From IMG/VR virus record IMGVR_UViG_3300032050_000037, positions 49,073-113,072 of that record: a stretch of 64,000 nt of DNA; one strand, written 5' to 3'. Position numbers and translations under genes: made by a program. Of this stretch, positions 1 to 10,659 are shown in pieces (position 1 is the stretch's first letter; the number at the start of each line of letters is the position of its first letter). The stretch comes from a virus. Under the pieces are notes generated by a model that saw only the letters and a program-made list of their open reading frames with translations, searched no databases and had not been told where the DNA came from.

Positions 1-288
1 TTAAGTATATATTCATATTCTTCTGGAACATTAACATTACAAAATTCAATCGTTGTTAGTTCTTATGCTGCACAAGCAGGATCTGAATACAGCGAACTAT
101 TGTATCCAACAATTACAAAGGTAGCTGCAGTTACTACTGGAAATACAATAAATGCTTTAGGATATGTAGGCACATATTTTGATACTACATCTGCCACAAA
201 TACTGGCACTAAAGGAACATCTGTAGGACTAGTTAGCCTTCCAGCAGTTGAAAAAATAGGTAATCAATTAGACAATTTCTCAGCATAA
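1..288 (+). CDS. C-terminal end of a Ser/Thr/Gly-rich protein, probably a tail/structural protein (truncated by window edge)
   Basis: Frame 1 is open from base 1 to TAA at 288; beta-rich S/T/G composition. Confidence 0.5.
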   Translation, partial: LSIYSYSSGTLTLQNSIVVSSYAAQAGSEYSELLYPTITKVAAVTTGNTINALGYVGTYFDTTSATNTGTKGTSVGLVSLPAVEKIGNQLDNFSA

Positions 289-340
289 TTGCTGTAGACA
301 AAAATAAATATATTATGTATAATATATAAAAAGGAGAAAA

Positions 341-589
341 ATGGCAGAAGAAATACTAGAGCCTGGTCAAAGACCAGAACTACCACCAGTAAAAATAGCA
401 TTTGTTATTGATGGAGAAGTTGTAGATATTTTACACACAGATGAAAGATTAGGTGCAATATTTACAAGTAATCCAATTATAAAAAATGTAACTGGAAATT
501 TATATACAGATGAAGGCGGTATAGTTTCAGTAGGAGCACTGTACGATGCAGAAACTGATACCTTTAGCCCTAAACCAATAGAGGAATAA
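341..589 (+). CDS. hypothetical phage protein
   Basis: AAGGAG RBS, TATAAT upstream. Confidence 0.7.
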   Translation: MAEEILEPGQRPELPPVKIAFVIDGEVVDILHTDERLGAIFTSNPIIKNVTGNLYTDEGGIVSVGALYDAETDTFSPKPIEE

Positions 590-590
590 T

Positions 591-866
591 ATGTCAGAAA
601 AAACACCTTTTCAAATTTGGAAAGAAAAAAATGCTGGTGACAAAGTTCGCCCTTGGGACTTATTAAATCCAAAAATTGGAAGAGTAGATGAAGAAACATT
701 TAAATATAGATATGAAAATCATTGTTTAAATTGTCCATCATTAATTAAAGCATCAAAAACTTGTAAAAAATGTGGATGTTTTATGACAGAAAAAGCTAAA
801 TTGCCACACGCTAGTTGTCCTTTGGGTAAATGGGGAGCAATAACTGAAACAAAGGATGTTATTTAA
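591..866 (+). CDS. Cys-rich small protein (DUF6171-like)
   Basis: CxxC...CxxCGC...CPLGKW. Confidence 0.6.
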   Translation: MSEKTPFQIWKEKNAGDKVRPWDLLNPKIGRVDEETFKYRYENHCLNCPSLIKASKTCKKCGCFMTEKAKLPHASCPLGKWGAITETKDVI

Positions 867-1090
867 TGGAGCTATCAGTACCAGAAAAAAATGCTATTAT
901 AAATGAACATTTAAAAAGTGTAGTAAATAATATTTATAATATAAATATGTTAATAATTCAAGAGTCTGCTATCACACCAATTAATCAAGAAGTAGTAGAT
1001 GCATTAAATATACAATTAGAAAATGCTTTTTTAAAGAAAGAAGCGCTACAAGCAGAACTAGAGAAAGTAAATAATGAGTCAGGAGAATAA
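866..1090 (+). CDS. hypothetical coiled-coil protein
   Basis: Coupled ORF (TAATG overlap). Confidence 0.6.
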   Translation: MELSVPEKNAIINEHLKSVVNNIYNINMLIIQESAITPINQEVVDALNIQLENAFLKKEALQAELEKVNNESGE

Positions 1091-1262
1091 GGCAAATTTA
1101 GTAATAACAGCCCTACAACAGCGTATTGGAGAAATGGTATCTAATTATGAAACTCAAATTGCAATTTTACGGGCAGAGATTACTCAACTTATGGAAGAAA
1201 AAAATGCTAAATTACAGGCTAAAGAAGAATACTCAGAGCATCTTAGTAACCTCACCAACTAA
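1074..1262 (+). CDS. hypothetical coiled-coil protein
   Basis: ORF in operon. Confidence 0.6.
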   Translation: MSQENKANLVITALQQRIGEMVSNYETQIAILRAEITQLMEEKNAKLQAKEEYSEHLSNLTN

Positions 1263-1608
1263 TTTTCCATCTGGAATTGCTGTTAAAACATCTAAAGATG
1301 TTTATTGGATAAAAGATAATAAACGATATAGGCTTATATCTAAAAGAGCAGCGGAGTCATGGGCATTTAATACCGTAAATGCAACAGAAGAAGCATTAAG
1401 TTTAACTAAATTGGCTGGCAAGCTTGGATTTAGAGATGGAACTTTGATAAAAAACATAGCAGATGGTAAAATGTATTTAATATCTCAAAATAAAAAGAGG
1501 CATATAGTAGACCCAGATTCATTTATTAAATATGGAATAGATAGATCAAAGGTTATAGAGGTAAGCGAATCAGAAGCAAATTCGCATGAATTAGGAGAAA
1601 ATTTATAA
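1126..1608 (+). CDS. hypothetical protein with two internal beta repeats (true start probably downstream)
   Basis: Repeated G..xK...YxI....KR motif. Confidence 0.55.
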   Translation: MEKWYLIMKLKLQFYGQRLLNLWKKKMLNYRLKKNTQSILVTSPTNFPSGIAVKTSKDVYWIKDNKRYRLISKRAAESWAFNTVNATEEALSLTKLAGKLGFRDGTLIKNIADGKMYLISQNKKRHIVDPDSFIKYGIDRSKVIEVSESEANSHELGENL

Positions 1609-2036
1609 TGACCGAAAAATGGAAAGCAGTAACATTTAATGAGGGTGCTCCATTTGACCCAAATGATTTAAATCAATTACAATCTAATCTAACAGATGTA
1701 TTTACAACATCTAAGTCTTTATTAAATGCTACAAGAGATTCTAGTGGTCAAAATAGAGTTGCAATTGTTGATCAAGGTTTTGTAACAATAACATTGAAAG
1801 GCACCACCCCAGTAAATCAAACAGTAACATTTACATCATCATTTGTTGCTGGAACAGATACTGGATTTGTAGCGTCTGTAGGACAAGCATTAACAGCAGC
1901 ATTAGGAATAGTCTCAGTGTCAGCAGTTAAAAATTCTACAGGTACAGGCGGAACTATTTATGTTGCTACTAGCAATGCTAAAGCAACTGGAGATATAAAA
2001 ATTAATTGGATGGCAGCCCAACTTAAAACAATATAA
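1608..2036 (+). CDS. hypothetical, possibly minor virion protein
   Basis: Beta-rich, ends INWMA like phage tail-tip domains. Confidence 0.5.
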   Translation: MTEKWKAVTFNEGAPFDPNDLNQLQSNLTDVFTTSKSLLNATRDSSGQNRVAIVDQGFVTITLKGTTPVNQTVTFTSSFVAGTDTGFVASVGQALTAALGIVSVSAVKNSTGTGGTIYVATSNAKATGDIKINWMAAQLKTI

Positions 2037-2081
2037 TGCTTGACAGGATATAACAATATGTTAAAATATAGCATATTGCAC

Positions 2082-2106
2082 AAAGTCACGAAACCGTGAC
2101 TTTTTT
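2082..2106 (+). terminator. intrinsic terminator-like hairpin
   Basis: AAAGTCACG-AAAC-CGTGACTTT followed by T run. Confidence 0.7.
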
Positions 2107-2122
2107 AATTTAAGGATAATAG

Positions 2123-2929
2123 ATGTCTAATGATCTAAAATGGATGTTGTCATCAGATCAACAGTTCCCGTATCAAGATGATAAAGCCATTAAGCTTTGG
2201 TTTGAGGTAATGAAATGGTTCAAGCCAGATGTTGTAGATATTTTAGGAGATACAGACGACCAAGCCTGTTATAGTAAATATACAGAAGGCAGATCAGCAG
2301 AGTTTCTTAAGATGTATAAAGATGAAAATGGCGCAGCCATTATTCCATTAATGCAACATGAAGCAAAAGGTGCTCGTGATTTTTTTGCTCAAAATAGAAA
2401 AGTAGCTGGCAAGGATGCAGAATTATTTACTGCTTTAGGAAATCATGATGTTAGAATTTTTAATTATATAGACGCAAAACTTCCTGATTATATTAAAACA
2501 GTAACACCAGAATCTTTATGGAATTTAGATTCATTAGGTTATGATTATATTTATTATAATGAATTACCTAAAAAGCGTTATGGAGATATCCATGTTCATC
2601 ACGGATTATCTGTAGCAGACACTGGTGCAGTGCGTAAAGATATGAATGATCTTCAGGTTTCATTAATTCGTGGACATTCACATAGAATTGCTTCACACTT
2701 TCAAACATATGAATTAAGGAATAAAGGCAAAGGTGAAACTATTCGTGGGTACGAAATTGGACATATGTGTGATGAAAAGAGTTCTGGCATGAAGTATTCT
2801 CAGCACCATGATTGGCAAAAGGGATTTGCTATTGCACATATTGAAAATGGTAAATGGCCACATGTTCAAATTATTGAAATATCACCAGACTATTCTTGCG
2901 TGGTAGATGGAAAGGTGTTCAAAGTATAA
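2123..2929 (+). CDS. calcineurin-like metallophosphoesterase
   Basis: SDxQ, GDxxD, GNHD, HG, GHSH motifs. Confidence 0.85.
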   Translation: MSNDLKWMLSSDQQFPYQDDKAIKLWFEVMKWFKPDVVDILGDTDDQACYSKYTEGRSAEFLKMYKDENGAAIIPLMQHEAKGARDFFAQNRKVAGKDAELFTALGNHDVRIFNYIDAKLPDYIKTVTPESLWNLDSLGYDYIYYNELPKKRYGDIHVHHGLSVADTGAVRKDMNDLQVSLIRGHSHRIASHFQTYELRNKGKGETIRGYEIGHMCDEKSSGMKYSQHHDWQKGFAIAHIENGKWPHVQIIEISPDYSCVVDGKVFKV

Positions 2930-2930
2930 A

Positions 2931-3116
2931 ATGTGGTGTGCTAAATGTTCTGGCAGAGTATTTGTAGATAGAGTATTTTCTCAAAAACTTCATGTAGAGC
3001 TATTCTGTATTTTATGTGGCAAAAGGTGGATGATCAACAAAGAAACGAATAGATTTGGAAGATGGTTAGAAAAACAAGATCGGGAATACGCAAAAAATTT
3101 CTCTATTTCTTCTTGA
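2931..3116 (+). CDS. small Zn-ribbon protein
   Basis: CAKCSG...CILCG. Confidence 0.6.
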   Translation: MWCAKCSGRVFVDRVFSQKLHVELFCILCGKRWMINKETNRFGRWLEKQDREYAKNFSISS

Positions 3117-3544
3117 ATAATAAATTACATAAAGTAATTAGATTATCAAAAGCAAGAGACGAGTTAATTGCTTGGTGCTATACAGATAAAAAAAGAGTGC
3201 TGTATTCATATGTAGATGTTAAAAAAAATATGGAAAACGCATATACTATAAAACAGGTGGGATTAATAATAGGAAGACATAAAGTTACTATTGAAGAATA
3301 TATACTTCAAGGTAAAATTAAAGAGCCACAGAAGGTGTATCCAATAAGTAATCCAGATAGTAAATGGTATAAATTTATGTTTAGTGAATCAGATATACTT
3401 AAATTACATGAATATATATTAGAAGCTGGATATACTAAAGACCTTCCATCAAAAACACAATTGCAGGCTCTTCTCAAACAGAACATGATATTGTATACTA
3501 AGACCGTTGACGGTTCATTTGTACCTGTATGGAAGGCGGAGTAA
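3062..3544 (+). CDS. putative HTH DNA-binding protein
   Basis: YTIKQVGLIIGRHKVTIEEY resembles a MerR/excisionase-type HTH. Confidence 0.5.
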   Translation: MVRKTRSGIRKKFLYFFLNNKLHKVIRLSKARDELIAWCYTDKKRVLYSYVDVKKNMENAYTIKQVGLIIGRHKVTIEEYILQGKIKEPQKVYPISNPDSKWYKFMFSESDILKLHEYILEAGYTKDLPSKTQLQALLKQNMILYTKTVDGSFVPVWKAE

Positions 3545-3654
3545 TGTCAAATAGAATAGTTAAATGTGATATGTGTAATAAAGAAATTGAATTGCGCTGG
3601 GGAATATTTGGACATGACACATTAAATAGACATATAAAGGCAGAGCATAAATGA
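3544..3654 (+). CDS. 36-aa C2H2-type zinc-finger peptide (not in ORF track)
   Basis: MSNRIVKCDMCNKE...LNRHIKAEHK; coupled overlaps on both sides. Confidence 0.6.
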   Translation: MSNRIVKCDMCNKEIELRWGIFGHDTLNRHIKAEHK

Positions 3655-3851
3655 CCACAGTAAAAGTTGATCTATCATTTACTCGAAATCTTGGAAACTA
3701 TGAAAGTATAAAAATAGGTATTGGCGTAGAGGATGAAGTACGTTCTGGAGAAAATGTCGATACAGCAACAGAACGTGTTTATAAATTTGTAGAAGATAAA
3801 CTAATTCAAAAAACACAAGAAGTAGAAGAAGAGTTAAAACGTGGCAAATAA
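3651..3851 (+). CDS. hypothetical phage protein
   Basis: TRNLGNYES motif; coupled ORF. Confidence 0.65.
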   Translation: MTTVKVDLSFTRNLGNYESIKIGIGVEDEVRSGENVDTATERVYKFVEDKLIQKTQEVEEELKRGK

Positions 3852-4158
3852 TAAAGAGGCATATATTCTTTTAACAATGTATCAAAATATGTATAAAGAA
3901 AAATATGGTAAACTTCCTTCTTTAAATAAGTATAGAGAAAAATGGGCCATGCAAGATGTTGTTGATAGTATAGGGTATGAACGTGCTAAAGAATTATTGC
4001 AATATTATTTTACAACTGGTAAACATGGACATCCGCTTCAGTTTTTCTTTTTTAATTTTGATAAAATTGATATAATGCAAAAAGAAATTGAAAAAGATAA
4101 AAGAAATCGTAAAATATTACAAGAAGCAACTAAGAAATTAGTAGAGGGAGAAGAGTGA
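3841..4158 (+). CDS. hypothetical, possible helicase loader
   Basis: Directly upstream of and coupled to dnaB. Confidence 0.45.
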   Translation: MANNKEAYILLTMYQNMYKEKYGKLPSLNKYREKWAMQDVVDSIGYERAKELLQYYFTTGKHGHPLQFFFFNFDKIDIMQKEIEKDKRNRKILQEATKKLVEGEE

Positions 4159-5393
4159 ATACAGAAGCTACATTAATATCTGCTGTATGTAAAAATAAAG
4201 ATATAAGCACCCTATTAGCAGATAATGTTGATGACTTATTTACATCTCATAGGGATATTTGGGAAGGTCTTAAATCATATTATTATAAATTTAAAGCAGT
4301 TCCTGAAACTGGTGTGCTTCAAGAAAAATTTAAAGATTTCGAACCAGACTTAAACGTAAAGGCAGAAACTGGATATTACCTAGACAAATTAAAAAATGAA
4401 TATTTATCTGCACGATTAAAAAGTATTATTCTTCAAGGTGGATCTGCATTAAAAGAAGATGCAGCCTCTAGAGTATTAGCAGATATGCAAAGTAAACTTG
4501 CTGGACTTGCTAGGTTTACTAATAATGTAAGAGACTTAGATGTTACAGACCTAGAAGCAGCAGAAAGACATTTTATGTCTGTAAAAGATAGATCTTCCGC
4601 AATGGGCGGAAGTCCAGGAATAAAAACTGGATTTGAAGCAATTGATAAAGCATATCCTACAGGAATGGCTCCAGGACATTTAATTGTTGCAATTGGTTGG
4701 CCAGGAAAAGGTAAAACATGGTTTACTTCATATCTTGCATGTAAAGCTTGGGAGCAAGGATTTAAACCAATGATTATTTCTCTAGAAATGTCGCCAGAAA
4801 ATATGCGTGATCGTATTTATACAATGCTTGGCTCAGGTTTGTTTAAGGCATCAGATTTATCAAAAGGTGACATTAATATAGATGATTTTAGATCATGGGG
4901 TAATAAAAAGTTTGAAAATAAAAATGGATTTATTCTTGTTTCAAATGAAGGCGCAGGAGATGTAACTCCAGCAACAGTACAAGGTAAAATAGATCAGCAC
5001 AAACCAGACCTTGTTATTTTAGATTATCACCAATTATTTAATGATAATAAAAGAAGTAATTCTGAAGTAGAAAGAAATAGAAATATATCTCGTGAGTTTA
5101 AATTACTTGCTGTAACAAACAACATACCAGTTATTGATATTACTGCTGCTACAGCAGACGATATCTCAGATCAAGAAAATCCACCAATGATGTCTCAGGT
5201 TGCATGGTCTAAAGCTATTGAATATGATGCTGATATGGCTATGGCTATTCATAGATATCCTCAAACAAATCTTATTGAAGTTGTTTCTAGGAAAAATAGA
5301 CATGGTCATGATTTTGACTTCCATTTAGATTGGGATATCAATAGAGGTATTATTAAAGAGTTATACGATTATGTACCACCACAGCCAAATTAA
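4155..5393 (+). CDS. dnaB: DnaB-like replicative helicase
   Basis: Walker A GWPGKGKT, SLEMS, ILDYHQL, IEYDAD, KNRHG. Confidence 0.92.
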   Translation: MNTEATLISAVCKNKDISTLLADNVDDLFTSHRDIWEGLKSYYYKFKAVPETGVLQEKFKDFEPDLNVKAETGYYLDKLKNEYLSARLKSIILQGGSALKEDAASRVLADMQSKLAGLARFTNNVRDLDVTDLEAAERHFMSVKDRSSAMGGSPGIKTGFEAIDKAYPTGMAPGHLIVAIGWPGKGKTWFTSYLACKAWEQGFKPMIISLEMSPENMRDRIYTMLGSGLFKASDLSKGDINIDDFRSWGNKKFENKNGFILVSNEGAGDVTPATVQGKIDQHKPDLVILDYHQLFNDNKRSNSEVERNRNISREFKLLAVTNNIPVIDITAATADDISDQENPPMMSQVAWSKAIEYDADMAMAIHRYPQTNLIEVVSRKNRHGHDFDFHLDWDINRGIIKELYDYVPPQPN

Positions 5394-5664
5394 AAGATTT
5401 CAAATTGATGTAGAGTTTAGAGACGATTCAGATATTATTAGACTCAAAAATCAATATGAAAATATGTTAGTTCATCAAATGAGAGACAAAGGATATTCTA
5501 GAGTACTTGACATAGACACCGCATTTTCAGTAGAATTTACTGGTGAGACATGGAAGTTCTTAATGACTATTTATGGAATACATACAGGAAGGCGGAAGGC
5601 ATGGGAATCAGAGGGAATAACACAAGGCAAGTTAATTCCACGCAATATGCGCCAAACCATATAA
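5371..5664 (+). CDS. hypothetical protein
   Basis: ORF between helicase and primase. Confidence 0.55.
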   Translation: MYHHSQIKRFQIDVEFRDDSDIIRLKNQYENMLVHQMRDKGYSRVLDIDTAFSVEFTGETWKFLMTIYGIHTGRRKAWESEGITQGKLIPRNMRQTI

Positions 5665-6599
5665 AATCAGTAGTTAAAGAAATAGGATTAAGAATTATTA
5701 GTGAATCTAATAATAATTTAGTTATATATTGTCCATTTCATAATAATACTCATAGTCCAAGTTTTTATATTAGCGAAGATAATGGAGCATGGCTCTGTTT
5801 TAACCCTTCATGCGGTGAAACTGGTAACATAATTCAGCTAGTTAAAAAAATTACTGGTAAAAATGATTTTGAATCTATAAGGCTGGTTGCAGCAAAGGAA
5901 GCACAGGCTTTAGATAATTTTGATGAAACCTTAAATTCAGTATTAGAAGATAAGCCTGAGTTTATTGAATTTGATCAAAAAAAATTAGATGAATTATATA
6001 TGGAATTAACATTTAATAAATTAGCTAGAGATTACTTTGAGTCTCGTGGAATAAATCAAGAATCTATAACATATTTTAAATTAGGATATTCTGAATCTCA
6101 AGGCATGGCTATTGTCCCAGTGCATAGCCCAGACGGAATTCCAGTAGGACTAGTTGGCAGATCAATATCAGAAAAGAAATTTAAGAATAGCACAAACTTG
6201 CCAAAGAACAAAACATTATTTAACATACATCGTGCTAAAAAAATAGGTGACCATGTAATAATTGTAGAATCAAGTTTTGATGCTATTAGAATACATCAAT
6301 CTGGATTTCCAAATGTGGTAGCCACACTAGGTGGACACATATCTACAGATAATATTAATTTATTAAATAGATATTTTAACAAAATTATTATCATGACAGA
6401 CGCAGATCAAGCTGGCAGAGAATTAGGAATATCAATATCTAATAAATTAAAGAATAAAGACATCTTGTGGGCTTCTTATTCTTATGGTAAGATATATCCA
6501 CATGATGCAAAAGATGCAGGAGATATGTCAGAAGAAGAAATAAAAATATGTATTAAAAATGCAGTTTCTGATATTGAATACAAATCTTGGAATTTATGA
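5550..6599 (+). CDS. dnaG: DNA primase (CHC2 Zn finger + TOPRIM)
   Basis: CPFH...CFNPSC, VESSFD, DADQAG, KDAGD. Confidence 0.9.
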   Translation: MEVLNDYLWNTYRKAEGMGIRGNNTRQVNSTQYAPNHIKSVVKEIGLRIISESNNNLVIYCPFHNNTHSPSFYISEDNGAWLCFNPSCGETGNIIQLVKKITGKNDFESIRLVAAKEAQALDNFDETLNSVLEDKPEFIEFDQKKLDELYMELTFNKLARDYFESRGINQESITYFKLGYSESQGMAIVPVHSPDGIPVGLVGRSISEKKFKNSTNLPKNKTLFNIHRAKKIGDHVIIVESSFDAIRIHQSGFPNVVATLGGHISTDNINLLNRYFNKIIIMTDADQAGRELGISISNKLKNKDILWASYSYGKIYPHDAKDAGDMSEEEIKICIKNAVSDIEYKSWNL

Positions 6600-6653
6600 T
6601 ATAATAAAAAGACAGATAGATCTATACTATCAACTACAGAAAGAGGAAGCAAA

Positions 6654-7319
6654 ATGGGTCTTGTAAAAGGACTAAAAGATTTAAATAAAGTAATGGATAA
6701 ACCGCAATCATCTAGCGGAGACGGCAGTAAAGCTCGTTGGGTTAAATTAGATGACTCAGAAAGTGTTAAAATTAGATTTTTACAGGAATTAGATCCTGAC
6801 TCTCCACATTATAATGAAAAAAATAGTTTAGGTTTTATTGCTGTTGAGCATACAAATCCTAAAGACTATAAGCGTAAAGCTTTATGTACAATTGATGACC
6901 AAGGAAAATGTTGGGGATGTGAGCAGCATCGTAAGGATTACAAGGCAGGATGGAAAGGCCGTTCCCGTCTTTATATCAATGTCCTTGTAGATGATGGCAA
7001 AGAAGAGCCATATGTTGCCATCTTGTCTCAGGGTAGTAGTGGAAAGACTATTACTCCTACATTAATTGAATATGCTGGCGAAATGGGTAGCATTTCAAAT
7101 TTAATGTGGCGCATTAAGCGTACAGGCACAAAAACAGATACCAGTTATACAGCAATCCCTCTTGCTAAAGATGAAACACCATTTGATTCATCTGGATTGG
7201 AACTGTACGAATTGGAAAAGGTTGCAGTTCGTGACCTACCCTATACAGAGCAAGAAGCCTTCTTTAATGGTGAAGGCGGAGAAGAGCCATCAAACGCAAC
7301 AGGTAGCGTAGAGTGGTAA
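6654..7319 (+). CDS. single-stranded DNA-binding protein (gp32-like)
   Basis: Position in replication module, KIRFL...H...C..C motif, acidic C-terminal tail. Confidence 0.7.
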   Translation: MGLVKGLKDLNKVMDKPQSSSGDGSKARWVKLDDSESVKIRFLQELDPDSPHYNEKNSLGFIAVEHTNPKDYKRKALCTIDDQGKCWGCEQHRKDYKAGWKGRSRLYINVLVDDGKEEPYVAILSQGSSGKTITPTLIEYAGEMGSISNLMWRIKRTGTKTDTSYTAIPLAKDETPFDSSGLELYELEKVAVRDLPYTEQEAFFNGEGGEEPSNATGSVEW

Positions 7320-7328
7320 ATTAAATAA

Positions 7329-7356
7329 ATAGGGGCTGGCTATTGTCAGCCCCTAT
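7329..7356 (+). terminator. hairpin terminator
   Basis: ATAGGGGCTGGC-TATT-GTCAGCCCCTAT. Confidence 0.7.
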
Positions 7357-7377
7357 ATTATTTAGTAGAATGCTTTT

Positions 7378-10300
7378 ATGACAAATTTTGCTCACCTACA
7401 TGTCCATAGCTATTACAGCTTAATGGATGGATTAAATTCACCCAAAGCTCTAGCAGAAGCTGCAAAAAATAATGGACATACAGCAATTGCTATTACAGAT
7501 CATGGAACATTATCTTCTCATAGAGAAATGCAATTAGCATGTAAAGAAATTGGAATTAAGCCAATATTAGGTGTAGAGGCATACATATCACCAACAGATA
7601 GGTTTGATAGATCATCTAAAACAGATAAAAGTATTCAGGCATATAACCATATTATCCTTTTAGCCAAAAATATGAAAGGTTTAGAAAATATAAATATTTT
7701 ACAAGAAATTGCTTGGAACGAAGGATTTTATCATAAACCACGTATTGATAGAGAGGTATTAAAAGAATATGCGGAAGGTATTATTGTACTTAGTGGATGT
7801 CTTAATGGTCTTATTAGTAAATGCATTGAACGGCAGGAGTTCTCAGAAGCAAAACTTATACTCAAAGATTTTAAACAAACTTTTGGCGAAGATTTTTACA
7901 TTGAGGTTCAATCTCACAACCCACAAGAAATAAATAATAAATTATTAGAGTTTGCAAAAGAACTAGACATCAAACCAGTTGCAACATCAGATTCTCATTT
8001 TGCTAAAAAAGAAGACAAGGTTTTAGTTGAAGCTATGTTAATTCTATCTACATCTCCAAAATCAGATAAAGAATCAGATTTTGAGATGTCTAGAAATATA
8101 AGTAATATGATGGATAGGTTTAATTATTTATACCCAAATAGGAAAATATCATTTCAAGAACAAAATCTCTGGATTCAGTCTAGAAAAGAAATAGAAGAAG
8201 ATTTTAATAAAGTTGGGATAAATCGATCAGATATTTTTGATAATACAATAGAAATTGCTAATAAAATTGAAGAATACGATTTTAATAGTGGTCTAGACCT
8301 CCTCCCAGTACCCAAGACGGATGCAGATCAGAAACTGGCTGAGATGGCCTTTAAAGGCTTAGAAAGCCTACATCTGACCTCATCATGGCTAGGAAATGAC
8401 ATATATGAGCAAAGATTGATAGAAGAATTAGAAATTATTAAAGATAAAAGTTTTGCCTCATATTTCCTAGTAGTAGCAGACATGATTAATTGGGCTAAAG
8501 AAAATAATATTATGGTTGGTCCTGGTCGTGGCTCTGCTGCTGGTTCATTAGTATGTTATGCCCTAGGAATTACAGATGTAGACCCAATTGAATATGACTT
8601 ATTGTTTTTCCGATTTATTAATCCTGAGCGTAATGACTTCCCAGATATAGATACAGACTTTGAGGATCGTCGTCGCAAAGAGGTTAAAGATTATCTTAAA
8701 AAGAAATTTAAGCATGTAGCATCTATTTCAACATACACATATTTTAAAGATAAAGGCGTTATTAGAGATGCTGCTCGTGTATTTATGGTTCCACTACAAG
8801 ACGTAAATCGTGCAATGAAGTCAATTGATACATTTGAAGATTTTATGGAATCTCCTAACACAAAAGAATTTAGATCTAAATATCCAGAAGTGGTATGGCT
8901 TGCTGAAAGATTACGTGGAAAAATTAGATCAGTTGGAGTACATGCTGCAGGAGTTGTTGTTGCTAAAGATGATTTAAGAAAATATGCACCAATTGAATCT
9001 AGAGAAGACGCACAAGATAAAGTTTCTGGCAGAATACCAGTAGTAGCTTATGATATGGACACCGTAGCAGATATTGGTTTAATTAAATTAGATGCATTAG
9101 GCTTAAAAACATTATCAGTTATCTCAGATACATTAAAATCAATTAAAGAAAGATACAATAAAGATATTATTCTTTCTGATTTATCTTTAGATGATGCAGA
9201 GGTATATAGAGTATTAAGTGATGGATATACAAAAGGTGTATTCCAAGCTGAAGCTACTCCGTATACAAATTTATTAATTAAAATGGGTGTAGATAAATTT
9301 GAAGATCTTGCTGCTTCAAATGCTTTAGTGCGTCCAGGTGCCATGAACACGGTAGGTGCTTCATATATTAATAGAAAACATGGATTTGAAGATGTAGAAT
9401 ACGTTCATGAAATTATGAAACCTTTTACTGAAAATACATATGGTGTTATCATATATCAAGAGCAAGTTATGCAAGCTTGCGTTTATTTAGGAGGGATGAC
9501 TTGGTCTGAGGCTGATAAAGTTCGTAAGATCATAGGAAAGAAAAAGGATGCAAAAGAATTCGACCAGTTCAAGGATAAATTTATTGATGGGGCTTCAAAA
9601 CACATTTCTAAGAAAAAAGCCGAATCCCTATGGCATGATTTCGAAGCTCACGCAGGTTATTCTTTTAACCGTAGTCATGCCGTTGCTTATTCTATGCTTT
9701 CTTATTATACTGCTTGGCTTAAAAAGTATTACCCTCTTGAGTTCATGTTTTCAGTACTTAAAAATGAAAATGATAAAGATGCTAGGACAGAATATTTAAT
9801 TGAAGCAAAAAGATTAAACTTAAAAATATTATTGCCACACATCAATGAATCAGAAGTTTATTTTTCTTTAAAAAATGATGCAATTCAATTTGGATTAGCT
9901 GAAATTAAATTTATATCTGATAGTATTGCAAATAAAATTATAGAAAAGAGACCGTATGAATCGTATGCAGATTTCATTAAAAAAGCCTCTGCCAAAGGCA
10001 GCGGTATTAACAGCAGGGCTATTACTGCTCTTAATAACATTGGTGGGGCTGCTTTTACGGATAATCAGCGTAATAACAAAGAAAAAGAAAATTATTACGA
10101 ATATTTAGGAATACCGACTTTTAATACAGATTTGCCTCCACGAATTAAAGCACAGGCAAGGCCAATAGAAGATTTTGATGATCTTGGATCCTTTCCAATG
10201 TTTGGGATGGTAAAAAGTATTAAACGTGGTACTGGTTGGGCCAGAGTAGAATTAGTAGATGAAACAGGATCAATTGGTTTATTCCATCATGAACAAACTC

Positions 10301-10659
10301 AAATTGAAACTGGACAGATGTACTTTATTCTTGTAGGAGATAATCGTATTGCTAGGTATATTAAAATAAACGATATCGATCCAAACGGCTCAGACTTATT
10401 TGTAGATTATTTGTATAGAAAAGAATACGATATGGAAGATAATGAAATGATGGTAATTAATTTTAATCCATATAAAACAAAAGCTGGAAAAACGATGGCA
10501 CATATTGTTATGACAAATAAAAATAAAGAATTAACAAGAGCTATTGCATTCCCATCTATGTATCCACAAGTATTAGCAAAAATGCGTGAGGGAATGAAAT
10601 GTAAACCTGTTCTGTCTAAATTAGATGATGGAACCTTAATGATAAAGGAAGTAAAATGA
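7378..10659 (+). CDS. dnaE: DNA polymerase III alpha subunit (family C), leaderless
   Basis: PHP HLHVHS/TDHG, GRGSAAGS, PDIDTDF, KLDALGL, YSFNRSHA; TAGAAT 6 nt before ATG. Confidence 0.95.
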   Translation: MTNFAHLHVHSYYSLMDGLNSPKALAEAAKNNGHTAIAITDHGTLSSHREMQLACKEIGIKPILGVEAYISPTDRFDRSSKTDKSIQAYNHIILLAKNMKGLENINILQEIAWNEGFYHKPRIDREVLKEYAEGIIVLSGCLNGLISKCIERQEFSEAKLILKDFKQTFGEDFYIEVQSHNPQEINNKLLEFAKELDIKPVATSDSHFAKKEDKVLVEAMLILSTSPKSDKESDFEMSRNISNMMDRFNYLYPNRKISFQEQNLWIQSRKEIEEDFNKVGINRSDIFDNTIEIANKIEEYDFNSGLDLLPVPKTDADQKLAEMAFKGLESLHLTSSWLGNDIYEQRLIEELEIIKDKSFASYFLVVADMINWAKENNIMVGPGRGSAAGSLVCYALGITDVDPIEYDLLFFRFINPERNDFPDIDTDFEDRRRKEVKDYLKKKFKHVASISTYTYFKDKGVIRDAARVFMVPLQDVNRAMKSIDTFEDFMESPNTKEFRSKYPEVVWLAERLRGKIRSVGVHAAGVVVAKDDLRKYAPIESREDAQDKVSGRIPVVAYDMDTVADIGLIKLDALGLKTLSVISDTLKSIKERYNKDIILSDLSLDDAEVYRVLSDGYTKGVFQAEATPYTNLLIKMGVDKFEDLAASNALVRPGAMNTVGASYINRKHGFEDVEYVHEIMKPFTENTYGVIIYQEQVMQACVYLGGMTWSEADKVRKIIGKKKDAKEFDQFKDKFIDGASKHISKKKAESLWHDFEAHAGYSFNRSHAVAYSMLSYYTAWLKKYYPLEFMFSVLKNENDKDARTEYLIEAKRLNLKILLPHINESEVYFSLKNDAIQFGLAEIKFISDSIANKIIEKRPYESYADFIKKASAKGSGINSRAITALNNIGGAAFTDNQRNNKEKENYYEYLGIPTFNTDLPPRIKAQARPIEDFDDLGSFPMFGMVKSIKRGTGWARVELVDETGSIGLFHHEQTQIETGQMYFILVGDNRIARYIKINDIDPNGSDLFVDYLYRKEYDMEDNEMMVINFNPYKTKAGKTMAHIVMTNKNKELTRAIAFPSMYPQVLAKMREGMKCKPVLSKLDDGTLMIKEVK

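Noticed and set aside
7344-7366. TGTCAG upstream of dnaE as a PafBC promoter
   Set aside because: No TANNNT at N10 spacing; the hexamer is an arm of the terminator hairpin.
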